The position numbers and the translations under genes are program-made. A DNA stretch of 64,000 nt from Azolla caroliniana (taxonomy: Eukaryota; Plantae; Polypodiophyta): the NCBI GenBank assembly GCA_043228905.1, contig JBHGNT010000012.1, positions 20,522,001 to 20,586,000 on the forward strand. The letters are read 5' to 3'. The notes under the pieces were generated by a model, which saw only the letters and a list, made by a program, of their open reading frames with translations, made no database searches and had not been told where the DNA came from. Below are positions 12,723-25,329 of the stretch, in pieces (the stretch's first letter is position 1; each line of letters starts with the position of its first letter).

Positions 12723-14258
12723 TGTGGTGTGCATGTGTTCCTTTGTGTCACCCTTTTAGCTCACCCTTTTTAGGATGCACGTACCCAAGTTGACCCACCC
12801 TTTTAGCACACCCTTTTTAGCCAAGCCAACCCAAATGGGTTCCATTGTATCAACTATAAATTGATTAAGAAGTAAGAAGCTAAGGAGACTGGTTTTGATC
12901 TCTTATGTGCATTTCACATATTGTTGGAGATGACGGGTACTAGCCCCCACATCCAAGGATCCACCTCTTCCTCTTCGTAGGTAGCATCGCCCTCGCCACC
13001 GTCACCGACACTCTTGTTAGTCTCTTGTAGTAGTATCTCTTCCATTAGCACCGCCTTAGTTCACTAGTCAGGCCTCCCGACATCCATCGCTTCGTCCATC
13101 CAAGTCTTTTTTTGTGATCGCCATCTATATCTCTCTAGCACGCAAGCCCACTACACCTTCACCTTAGACACTCTCACTTTCTCACACCACTTTTATGTCT
13201 TGCCCCACCAACTCTTCCCCCTCACCTTAGGCTGCCCACTAATTTCTTGTCCCATGAGTTTCTTCAATCCCCCTCCTACACAATAGCCCTCTTGTCCCCC
13301 ACCTCAGCCAAGTCTAGGTGGCCCTTAGTCCACAAGAGTGATTGATCTTTCTTTGCCAAATGATCTTTTCCCCGATCCCCCTCTGACACGATAGCCCTCC
13401 TGTCCCCCACCTCAGCCAAGTCCAGGTGGCCCTCAGTCCACAGGAGCGATTGATCTTCGTCGCCATATGATCTTTCCTCGATCCCCCTCCGACACGATAG
13501 CCCTCTTGTCCCCCACCTTAGCCAAGTCCAGGTGGCCCTCAATCCACATGAGTGATTGATCTTCGTCGCCATATGATCTTTCCTCGATCCCCCTCCGACA
13601 CGATAGCCCCCCTGTCCCCCACCTCAACAAAGTCTAGGTGGCCCTCAGTACACGGGAGTGATTGATCTCTATTCGCCGATTGATAGCTTGGTTTCCATCA
13701 CTAGCCTCGTCCAACTATCAAGGCGAACAATTCTACGGGGATGTCCTCAACGTCGTTGCAACTCAACTATGTGTCCGTATATGTTTACATCCCCACGCCA
13801 TCTTCACCAAATGCCTCAACAAGACCCTCAAACACGAGATGGCTGCATAAATCAACCATTTTCGAGCATTCTATGGGTGTAACCCTCACCTCGCACTAGA
13901 ATCATCCATGGATTTCCATTTGAAACTTGCCATCAGATGCTCCCCCTCCTTCGACAAGCCATTGTTCTTGTTCTTGTTCATGCCCCTCAATCTCTTATTT
14001 CTCGCAGGGGGGAAATGTGGCGTGCATGTGTTCCTTTGTGCCACCCTTTTAGCTCACCCTTTTTAGGATGCACGTACCCAAGTTGACCCATCCTTTTAGC
14101 ACACCCTTTTTAGGATGTGTGTGCCCAAAATGACCCCCCCTTTTACCACACCCTTTTTAGCCAAGCCAACCCAAATGGGTTCCGTTGTATCAACTTTAAA
14201 TTGATTAAGAAGTAAGAATCTAAGGAGACTGGTTTTGTTCTCTTATGTGCATTTCACA
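12723..14258 (+). mobile_element. Small non-autonomous LTR element (TRIM/LARD-like)
   Basis: Direct repeats 12723-12918 and 14016-14258 (TG..CA), 4-bp TSD ATAT, PBS-like TGTTGGAGATGACGGG resembling the tRNA-Ala 3' complement, PPT AGGGGGGAAA. No recognisable gag or pol inside. Confidence 0.85.
13283..13675. repeat. ~108-bp tandem repeat, ~3.6 copies, inside the non-autonomous element
   Basis: Unit ATAGCCCTCTTGTCCCCCACCTCAGCCAAGTCCAGGTGGCCCTCAGTCCAC...GATCCCCCTCCGACACG is repeated. Confidence 0.9.
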
Positions 14259-14619
14259 ATATTATCCCAATATTATTGTCAACATTCACGAGTTTGGGAA
14301 AGATAAATGTGTCACTACACATAAAGAGTATCACTGTCTAGTTGCGTTGAGAAGCTTGCTAGTTGTGTTTTGATACTTGGTTAAATGTGTTTTGATACTT
14401 GTTGAAAAATAACAGGTTTTGTCACGTAGTCGTTTGTGTTATGTGGACAACGATTTCCCCCTTTTATATCTAAGGTGTCACACAATGATGCCAAATATAT
14501 ATGAAAACGACTTATAAATAGTAGAGTATCTATAGATACTTAGAGTGTGCATAGCCTGATCTATGTATGTGATTCACCTAACTTATGGGAAGTAGCTTTT
14601 TCTCGGGAAAAAAATACCT

Positions 14620-14790
14620 TCCAAAAGACCTCGTTTGAATATTTAATCGGCAATGACTAGGAGGTTAATTTATAACGAACATTGGCAATATTTATCAAAT
14701 AATCCAAATGTTTTAAGTTGTTTGATAACTGTGTGGATGCTCGGAGAACTTCTGAAACCAAATCCTAATGTGAACAACACACATATCACT
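14620..14790 (-). repeat. Degenerate duplicate of the 3' part of LAX exon 8 and its stop region
   Basis: ATTTATCAAAT..CCAAATGTTTTAAGTTGTTTGATAA.TGTGTGGA...AATGTGAACAACACACATATCAC matches ~14850-15000. Confidence 0.85.
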
Positions 14791-14880
14791 AGATATTTAA
14801 GTTGAAGGTTTTCTAGTGAGATCTAGTTTTGATTCGTTTAAAACATTGTATCCAAAAGACCAATGAGTAGACAAGTTAAT

Positions 14881-17800
14881 TTACAATGAGCATTGGTAGC
14901 ATTTATCAAATAAACCAAATGTTTTAAGTTGTTTGATAAGTGTGTGGACGCTCGACCAGCCTCCGAAACCAAATCCCAATGTGAACAACACACATATCAC
15001 CAATATGTTAAAGGGGACCATGAAATTCCAATATGTCATCCATTTCCAAGGTTTTTCAATAGCATCCTGCACAAATTGTATCATTTTCTTCAAAAACGGC
15101 ATAACATGTATAAAAATATTTTGCATCCATAACTTGAAGTGTTGTGATAATACCTCACGTGACTTCGGGTTTTGGAAAACTATAAGGTAAGCAATACATG
15201 GAATAATGTAAACCGAGAAGCTCATTATGAAGGCTCCGATGAGTGAGTTAAGAGGCCCAAAGAAAGGAATCAAAAGTGCCAAAAACCATAAAAGGCAAGC
15301 TATCGGAATTCTTGCAATAACTCGAAGAAGGTAACGCCCTTCATGAACTCCAAGTACTTTTTCCCACATGAAATTTAGGGGCATAATATAGAGCCCAAAA
15401 GCAATTGCCTACATGGATTTAAAGTTAGCTTGAGGTTCATTTTCAAACATTGAAGTTGAAGTTTTTGTCATACCTTTTTATCAATTAAAAACATAATTAT
15501 CAATAAATCTTTTCTCACATAAAAAATCTTTCGATTTATTCAAGCAAAAAATAATAACTTATTTATGTGAATTGGTATAGGGAACACATGAAAACCAACT
15601 ACATATACTATAGTACCTACTACCAAAGACAATATATGTCACATATTCAAATTATTACAACCAAGTTTTTATTCAATTATAGGTGATTTTATGATTGTAT
15701 ACCAAGAGCACAATATAACAAATATCCTAACGAATGCTGCATGTAATAACATGTATTTAATAGTGAATGATTGATCCATAACACTAACAAGAAGTTTATA
15801 ACTTTATTATCATAATATGTAGCGTTAAAGTCATGATCTCGTAAAAGTCCCTTAACCCACATAAAGAAAATGTGATATTCTTTGAATCAATCTAAACTCC
15901 AATAGGAAGCATGATTACATGAAAGGGGTATAAAGTAATGAATCACAAGACTTCATAGCAACAGTGAAAGACAAAGTTGAAGATACATGAGAGTTATATT
16001 TTACTTGAAATCCCCAATCCCCAAAGTTCAAATATGATGTGATCAAAGTAAAACATTTTCAAATATTATGTATTTTTAGCCCTTGATGTTCAAGATTTTT
16101 ACTCATGTATGTTACAATTATGACTGTGCATCATGACTCTAATAGAATAGCTCCCAATTGAGAATGTAGGGAAGGCAAACTCGAATTTAATTGAAGATGG
16201 AGTATTGTAGTAGAGTGTGATACTAGACTCAAGAACCTTCCGTAAAAATAATGCATTTGGGAATCTCTTGGTATGTGCCCCAACACCGCATCTCGCATTG
16301 AAGAGTGTGAGCCAAGTCATTTAGAAGTGTGATGGTGTGAACGACGAACAAAGGGATGAGCTCTAGCATTCATCAATCTATGCAATTTTCCAACCTAGAG
16401 AAGAATATGGTCTTGTAGTTTGATGTAACATATGTTGTGAAATGTAAGCCTTCATTCATACCTTTCCAATAAGTGAGGTATCATTCACAAAGGAATTGTT
16501 GATCCACTATGAAGCAAGTGTAATGTGTCCCATCCTCCAAACCATTTCTTCAAAAACTATCTTTTCAATCTTTTTACTTGTGTTCCATGTCATTCTAGGG
16601 TATCAATTAGAGTTTTATTTCATTGGAGCCTAGCAAGCTAAGGACAACATTATTCAGTTCCTCCTGAGCTAATTCTCAATCCTCTGTTCAGAGTTCTTAA
16701 GCCACACCCTAAGGTATCATAGAATGGAATGCTTTCTTTCTCCTTCTTTTTTATATAATTAATTATGTGATACCACAAGAATGTGTGTATTATTCATCCC
16801 CTCATTAGATCAAATCTTGGTGTGGACAAGACATGACCAATGATGGTTTTTTTACTATTACCATCTATTGTTTGTTACGGTAGGAATATGTAGTTAATGC
16901 CTCCAAGGGCCTTGCAATAAATTTATTTAGATAATCCATGGTAGATAAAAGGATATATATGTTGGGATACATATTAAAGAGGTGTTTGGGTTGGTAAACA
17001 TTACAATTTGCCACAAGGTGGAATCTCCATATATGTACGTGGGTCTTTTAGACATGTTTCGCACACGAGGATCTAACAATACTTCTTTGATGATAAAACG
17101 CAAACATGATATAAGAATGCAACACCTTGTGGGCATCTTTTTGTGTGCCTTTGAAACGAATGTTTGATCTTTTGAGACACACACACATATACTAGTTCTT
17201 TTTCACCCTTGGAGAATCACTTAACATCGACTAAAATTACAGGTACTTATTCACATAGAGAAACTTAATTGGATTAAAATACCTGGTGTATAATCATGAA
17301 GGTTAGGCCAATATCTCGTGGTAATGACTTTTGGAAAACCGAAAATGCATTTGAATGAGTGATGAGGACATCCCCGAAAGCCCAGTATACTGCTACGGAA
17401 TGTGGTAGTGTGATTGTCAAGACATACATAACAACTGCAACGTACACATACTTGTAGGCACGGGGTCTCCACATTGCGTGCATGATTTCTCTAATATCCA
17501 ATTACATTCAAGTTCATGTCAATAAAGGATTTCATTTTCTAGCATTTAGTATTTTCTCAATCTTAAAGTTATACCTACATAGTGATAGCATGTCCCCCAA
17601 AGGCAAAGAGTATGTTTGTAGTTCCCGTGAAGAATGATTGTAATGATTGGGGTGCAGAGTGTTTCACACCTGGATCCTATCCATACACAAGTTCTCCAAA
17701 ACGAATATTAGCTATTTGAAAGATGAAATCTATCTTCTATGCCTTTTCACTTGGGAGACCCCAAGCAATATTTTTGGAAAATATTTCACAACAACAGAAT

Positions 17801-20411
17801 ACATGTAACAAAGACATCACATCATGATCTATAAATTACGAAATTATTTGACATTTGAAGTTCAAGATATATTATCAAGGGTATATGTTTTGAAGTGGAC
17901 TTTCAACTAACACTCTTTACCCTCATTTATTACATATGCACATTGACAATAGATCAAAAGAGTGCAATATGCATATTACTCAGTTTGAGTCAACAACATT
18001 CGCAACGGACCAATTCTTAGGTTGTGTGAGCTCTTATGTAATGCATGTCATTAACTAATATGAGCATGTGAACATGCCAAAGTCAGAATGAGGTATCTCG
18101 AAATAATCTAGTGAACTATATGAACATCTTTTTCTGCATGAGAAGCATGACATTTTAATGTACATACTGATCTTGAAACCATCCTACCAAAATATTAATG
18201 TGAACAGGGTTTTAGGAGCAATGTGAGTGCTATAGCAAGCGAGGTAGTAGGATATTACTTGTGGGCAATGAGCTCATACCTGGCCATGAAGGAGGGATGC
18301 GATGAGCATGAACCACGCGGTGTAAGTGGTAGTCAAGATGCCAACGAAGGACCAGATCCTAAAGTTGTGGAAGGAGGGCAGGAAAAGTGTGACCATTGAG
18401 ACACCCCCAAACACGAGGGCCCATGATCTCTTGTTGAGGCTCGAATTGAGATAGTAGGCGTCACTACATCGCATCGGTCAAAATATATGGCTAAGAATAT
18501 AAAACAAAACAATATGGTAAAGCATAGGGAGTTTAGGAGCCTATTTTTGTAAAATTTTCAAATCATCAACATTTCTCCATTTAGTCAAACATAGTAAAGT
18601 GCGTGACTTTTCAAGTCAAGAGTCAATGTAGGAGTGCTTGACCTATGGCTAAGCATATAAAACAAAACAATATGGTAAAGCATAGAGAGTTTAGGAGCCT
18701 ATTTTTGTAAAATTTTGAAACCATAAACTTTTCTCCATTTAGTCAAACATAGTAAAGTGAGTGACTTTTCAAGTCAAGAGTCAATGTAGGAGTGCTTGAC
18801 TTAGAATAACTAGTTATTGAGGAATTGGAATAATTTGATGAATCTATACTTATTGGAGTCTAATGAATAAACTAATTAGTGGCTGGCTAATTGCGATCAT
18901 AGAATCCGACCTTGCGCATGTGATTATTATAAATAGTTATTGAGGAATTGGAATAATTTGATGAATCAATACTTATTAGGGTCTAATTAATCAACTAATT
19001 AGTGGCTAATTACAATAATAGAATCCGACCATGAGCACATGTGTGTTATAACTAGTTATTGAGGAATTGAAACAATTTGATGAATCAATACTTATTAGGT
19101 TCTATGAATCCCAAATTGTGCATGTGACTATTAGAACTAGTTATTGAGAAATTGAAATAATTTGATGAATCAATACTTATTAGGGTCAATTTAATCAACT
19201 AATTAGTGGCCAATTACGATAGTAGAATCCGACCTTGCGCACATGAATCTTATTATAACTAGTTATTGAGGAATTGAAACAATTTGATGAATCAATGCTT
19301 ATTAGGTTCTAACTAATCAACTAATTAGTAGCTAATTAAAATAATAGAATCCGACCTTGAGCACACGTTTATATTACAATTAGTTATCGAGGAATTGAAA
19401 TAATTTGATGAATCAATATTTATTAGGGTCTAATTAATCAGCTAATTAGTAGCTTGTTTATGATCATAGAATCGGACCTTGCGCAAGCGATTATTTGAAC
19501 CACAGCAACGGCTGCCATTGTTGTGATATTAAAGATTAGAGACAAATTACGAAGCCATGGCCCGACGAGCTCGCCCATCACTTCGTGATACTGGCGAAAA
19601 CATCAATAATTATTCATAATTAGTTAGCCCCAAGATTAATAAACAATACAATTTAAGGCAATGATGATGATTAAGGAAATCGGAAGTAAAATTTTAGCCA
19701 GACAAAAACTGTAGTAAATCGAAATTGAGCCCAAAGATTTTTTTTTCCAATTGGGATAATTTTTTTGGGGTGTCAGAGATCACCAGATTCCTCAAATCCA
19801 AAATTGGGGGATTTGTAGGTTAGGATTAGGGCATTTTTTTCACTGATGATTTAAGCTTCCAAAGCTGAATCAGGAATTTTTATGCTTGTTATAAAGGGAT
19901 TTAACATAGAAACCTAAAGAATTTTATACCACTAATTGTGCACCAATCTGCATAAAAAATTTACACCTGAATGATGTGTTTGTTGAATGTGATGCCCTGC
20001 TTCTCTTTGCGAGATCGATACTCCATGTACAGACATGCGAGAAGGTAAGAGGTCCACATGCCTACACAGGCATAAAGGAGATGGAAAAAGACGCCCGCTC
20101 GAAACCCCATCTGCGCATAAGATGTCGGCATTGACAGTATTACTTGCCCAACCTAATCAGATCAAATCAAATCAGTCCATCATTAACCATGAAATTCTAT
20201 TGATCGTTGGATCGATTCATGGGAAATTTACTTGAGCCGATCCTGCATTGAGCCATGCATCAAACGTGGAGCCACCGTGCCATATGAATCTATTCCAGTA
20301 GCTGGTAATAGATTTATTATGAAGATCATCCTTATGGTTAGGGTTAGGGTTAGGGCTAGGGCTAGGGTTAGGGTTAGGGTAAGGGTTAGGGTTAGGGTTA
20401 TTATTCTTCAT
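14881..20411 (-). CDS. LAX: AUX1/LAX-family auxin influx carrier (amino acid/auxin permease), divergent, 8 exons, ~469 aa
   Basis: Exons with GT-AG junctions and consistent phase: 20232-20411, 19967-20152, 19478-19590, 18280-18463, 17579-17676, 17283-17490, 15154-15408, 14881-15066. Motifs WHGGS.FDAW, PSFHNFRIWS, TNILFAFGGHA, EIMHAMW.P, PFFGPLNS, FGFGGW, TFGLFDKCYQC. Intron positions match the canonical AUX1/LAX layout. Confidence 0.93.
18486..18800. repeat. Two-copy ~158-bp tandem duplication in LAX intron 3
   Basis: TATGGCTAAG.ATATAAAACAAAACAATATGG...GTAGGAGTGCTTGAC occurs twice, nearly identical. Confidence 0.9.
18802..19497. repeat. ~120-bp tandem array (6 units) overlapping the exon 3 donor of LAX
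   Basis: Unit TAGTTATTGAGGAATTG.AA.AATTTGATGAATC...AGAATCCGACCTTGCGCA. The last unit runs into exon 3. Confidence 0.9.
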
Positions 20412-20760
20412 ATTTTTGCTTCCTTTTGTTTAATTGTGGATCATCATTGAGCTTTATACTTTTCTACTTCTAAGGTTAGGGTTAGGGTTAGGGTTAGGGT
20501 TATTACTCTTCATATTTTTCCTTCGTTTTGCTTAATTGTAGATCATCATTGAGCTTTATACTTTTCTCATTCTAGGGTTAGGTTTAGGGTTATTACTCTT
20601 CATATTTTTGCTTCGTTTTGCTTAATTGTAGATCATCATTGAGCTTTATACTTTTCTCATTCTAGGGTTAGGGTTAGGGTTAGGGTTATTACTCTTCATA
20701 TTTTTGCTTCGTTTTGTTTATATGTGGATCGTCATTGAGCTTTATACATTTCTCATTCTT
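20336..20760. repeat. 4-unit tandem repeat (~90-102 bp) containing (TTAGGG)n and the LAX start codon
   Basis: Each unit is (GGGTTA)n followed by TTA(C/T)TCTTCATATTTTT...GAGCTTTATAC. The first unit encodes the LAX N-terminus. Confidence 0.93.
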
Positions 20761-20920
20761 TCATTATAGCAGGAAAAAGTACTTGTCAATATTTTTGTCC
20801 ATATGAAATTTGTTCCAAAATTGGTTGTAAAAGAATGTAGATATGGTTTTGTCTTTCATATTATCAAATCTCGCGTGTGTGGATACCTATCAATATCACA
20901 TTTTGACTAAGTGTATCAGT

Positions 20921-21153
20921 GTGTATGTATGTATGTATGTATGTATGTATGTATGTATGTATGTATGTATGTATGTATGTATGTATGTATTTATGTATGT
21001 ATGTGTTTGTATGTATGTATGTATGTATGTATGTATGTATGTATGTATGTATGTATGTATGTATGTGTATGTATGTATGTATGTATGTATGTATGTATGT
21101 GTATGTATGTATGTATGTATGTATGTATGTATGTATGTATGTATGTATGTATG
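20921..21153. repeat. (TATG)n microsatellite
   Basis: Long, mostly perfect TATG run upstream of LAX. Confidence 0.97.
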
Positions 21154-23613
21154 TGTTTCAATGTAATGACTTGTCTCACATGTTGATCATCATTATGCAT
21201 GTATATGCTAGACTAAGTATGTTTGTATGTGTCGATGCGTTCGAGCATATGTGTGTATGTTAGGTCGAGGTGTCTCTATGTGTGTCTGTTGTCACTTGAA
21301 TGGATATCAACCGTGTCCATGTGTATGTTGGATAGTCTACCTACCTCTTGTGCATGTGTGGTACTGCGAAAATCTGCGAAAAAGGTTGGGAAAGCTCCAA
21401 TGGGACCACTAGCTTCTCGAACTAGGGAAGATGGGTTTTTGTAATGTTTCTTTTCGTAGTTGGACATGGAAGTTATGGGAGCGGGATGAGCAAAGTTGTG
21501 GATTAATGTGCACTTGTTTGTGGTATTTTGTGTGTAAGATTGTTTCGTGTAATGAAAACATATCGGATATACAAGATTATGTTTGTGTTATATGTCTGCT
21601 CATATATTTGAATCAGAATGTACTTATATATATATAATATATGTATGTGGATGTATGTGTTTTCATGGATATATGTGGGCGTGTATTTGTATATGCAAGT
21701 GTATGTGTAGGCATAAAAGTAAATGTGAACGCATTGAGATAAATTTTGGAGACATTTACTTCTGGAAAAGGGATAAGAGGAGGAATGGCATGAAAGTGTA
21801 AAGTGAAAGAGAGGGAGGAAAGTTCTAGAAGAAGAAAAGATAATCTTCGGTACTTCAAACTCTTAGGGACTTCTATCATGGCAACTTGCAAGTAAATAGG
21901 GTAAAAAGAAAAGGTGTGATAATTGTACCCAGTTTCGGTAGGGGCGGTTTCATCGTCAAGGTTGGTATATTGATGCATGATGACAAAGGAAAATTTTATC
22001 ACACACAATAACAACAAACATCACCCAATGTTGTTGGCCCATTGTCTTCTCCTCTCTTCTCTTCCTGATTGGTTGTCATGAGGGTTTAGGGTTTCTGTCT
22101 TTGTAGATATCAATCACAAAGAGAGTTACTTCCAAGGCTTGTAGCTAGAATCGTAACTCTAGCTACAAAACGAGATTCTTTGTAGCTCTAGTTGGCTATG
22201 ACGTGACCCGAATGACTCATTCTAATAGTTTGGAGAAGTGGCATCTACTCATGCGGGTCACTCATTCCAAGGTCCAAGTAGCAGCCCCTCAAATGTAGAT
22301 TCTTGTCATTTAGTTGTGGTTGGTTCAATTTAGAGATATAAGTTTGAATCCCATTCCCCTCATTAAATCCCAATAACTCTTGTTGGTTTGTAGGTTATAA
22401 ACCATCATTTAATGGGTAGTTTCCCCAACAAGTTTTGCTTTGAACAACCCTAGGGCTTACCCTCACTCCAATTTGCCCAAGCACATCACTTGCAAACTAC
22501 TTGTAAGTGCATCAGCGGGGTTCCATGAGCTAGTAAACTCACACAATAAATTATAAGCAACAAAAATCACCAACTTAGGCAACTCTAATAGAATAATTTA
22601 TTAAACAAAGATGATTAATAGATGGTTATAGAATCTATGTTTATAAGTTCGATGGAATCTACAGTTAAACAAATTGATTGAAGATTAGTTTGATGGTGGG
22701 ATCAAAATTTCAATCACGTCTCATCCAATTGATCTCTTCTAACCCAAAAACCTCAAAAAAGATTCTTGACCACATGCATATGAAGTAAAAGCTTTCCTAT
22801 TTCTAATCCTAAATTTCTTGAGCTAGTCAATGTCAAAAGTTCATAAAAAAGCAAGAAACTCACAAAAACACCATAGAAGAAGGCACCTTGAGAAAACCCT
22901 AAACCTTATGTTTTCGTTTATAGGAGTTTGACGGTTCCTCCTCCCCACCCCTTATGACACTATTCTTTTTTATTATTTAGACACGACACTTTGCTCAATG
23001 TATCTGGTCAATTCTTTATGTGGCCTCCAAAAGTAAAATGTAGTGTTTTCGTGGAAACAAGATTTCAACTTTACAAACCTTGTTTTGACCATCAATTGCT
23101 TTGACCAATTAAGCTAATGATATTTCCTTCACTTTTTAATATCTTAGATTCTTAAGATATTTCACGTTACTTATCCCACTTAATCCTTATCAATCCTCCT
23201 ATTTTTCTTACTTTCTCCTTACCCACTTGAGTCAAGTCATCATTTTTTCAAGATTTTCCAAGCTTGGGATGTATGTGTGCCATGATATTTAGTCAGTCTT
23301 TTGATTTGTATTGTGTATTTTCCATTGTGATTGTTAATTGTCTAGTTTACGTGCGTGTCTACATTGAAAAAAATTGTTTGAAACAACGACAACTTCGAAC
23401 TATGTGTGAATATTGGGTGCATTAGTAAGCTTGGGATATTTAATATTTAATAAACTTAACACCTAAAGTCATGGTCCTTAGAATTGCTTGATATTTAATA
23501 TCTTAAGTGATGGTACAATATTTGCTTCTATTGTTATATCTCAATCAAATCCGTTGGAATAGGGAACCACTCATTTTGCTAGCACTTAATAGTTAGTCTA
23601 TCACGGTATTGTC

Positions 23614-23871
23614 TAGGAATCGACAATGGTTTAGTTTTGGCTTAACCGAGTTAGCATTGTCCAAGCCAAACCGATCAAGCCTTAATTAGTTCAGAGGAGT
23701 TCAAACTTGAACCGTATTGAACCCTAAACCGGTTGAGCCCATACCGGTCAAGGCTAAACCATTTAGTGATTTCTTTGTGTCTTAAAATTATATTTTTCTT
23801 TCCCTCTCTTTGAGTTTTTGGGATAATGTATGCACATGTTACCTCTCTCTCTCTCTCTCTCATATCTCTAC

Positions 23872-23919
<48 letters not shown>

Positions 23920-24099
23920 CTTAACTAGCTTAACTAGTTTGAGCGTTTAAGTAGGGCTCAAGCCAAATTGAACCAATGTCAAACAGGTTAAGAAAGTTCA
24001 AGCCTAAACCAAGCCAAACTAAACCGTCAAACAATCAAGCCGTTTAACAATGGTTAAACAGCTCAGTTTAGGCTTGAGTTGATAAATTTCCTAGTCCTA
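23614..24099. mobile_element. Putative non-autonomous DNA transposon (hAT-like, AACC/GGTT-rich subterminal repeats) with an internal microsatellite
   Basis: TAGGAA...TTCCTA imperfect termini, many AAACCG/CAAGCC motifs, (CT)n(TA)n(TG)n at 23842-23918. TSD is unclear. Confidence 0.45.
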
Positions 24100-25329
24100 G
24101 TACAATCCTTCCTAAACAAAACCAATATGGATTTGATGAACATTTCATCATATGAATGTCTTAAGACTCATTCGTACTCAAAAAGAGGTAAATTAAATAC
24201 CTTAGGGCAATACTTCATTGGATTGTGCTAAAATGCAAACTACGTCAATATTCTCGGCCAAAAAAGAGGCAAAGTAGGATCTACAATTTTTTAACATCTC
24301 TATGCCCAAAAAGAGGTCAATCATGTTCCGAAAGAGGTCAATCATGTTGTGGTGCTAGTAATATCTTTAGGTACAACCCTACTTAAGAAGAGGTCACAGA
24401 CAATTTCGTCGAGGTCAAAAGTCGAAATAAGGTCTCTTGATCTTATGATCTAAATCAGACATGGATACTAGGGCTACCTAACCACCAATGTAGAGGACAA
24501 GTATTAAGTGAATTGGGCCATAATGGGCTAACTATGGGTAACACACCAACAACAATAACAAAACACATCATCAAGTAAAATGTGTGTGTGTGTGGAAAGG
24601 GGGGGAGAGGGGAGTGTGAATTTTCCTAAATAATGGTAACCCTAAGTCAGCTCACTCTTAATAAATTTTCTTACATCATCTATAAATGATCGGTATTATA
24701 AATATTCCTGGTGAGAAAGTCCTTGATTTCTTAAACCACCATGGAGAAGTGACTTCATTTGAAGCATTAGTAGAGCACAATTGTGATACCTATCAAGTCG
24801 ATCAAAGGGCGGGAAATGTTTCTGAAATTAAAGCATATGACAAGGTACAACCATAAATTGAAGATATTGAGTGGACAATATGCAATTGAGGCAAAGTTTA
24901 TTGAATTCGTGCGTCACATAAGCTGTATGAAAGTTTTTTACACATCAGTTCATCTTGTAAGGATAGATCTGATTCATGAGCTCTTCACTTGGCAACTTTT
25001 TAACATCTTAAAAGCTATAGGGCTATGCAGAGGTGATAGATCTGAAGACAAGTTTGTGTGGTATGCATCGGCCCAAGAATTTGTAAATATTGCATTGCTA
25101 CTTATGGCGTGCATCAAGTCATTACCTTTGGCTTGCCATAGACCTCAAAGACATTGTCAAAGCAGAATCTTGAATGAACTTAGGGTTGTTTTATATCAAA
25201 AGAAACAATGACAACATGGCATCTGGAATTTTGCCCTTCAAGCAGTAGAAAAAGGATAAGAAGTGAAATCTGAAAATAGGGTTTGGAATATTATCTTGTA
25301 ATCACTAATATGCTAAATGATGTGTATGC

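Noticed and set aside
20336-20690. TTAGGG runs as a true telomere or chromosome fusion
   Set aside because: Short runs embedded in a gene start and a larger repeat unit, with continuous sequence on both sides.
20843-21263. ORFs of MYVC repeats
   Set aside because: Translation of the (TATG)n microsatellite.
24783-25211. 142-aa ORF as a host gene
   Set aside because: No ATG-initiated recognisable domain or splice structure. It cannot be supported without a search.
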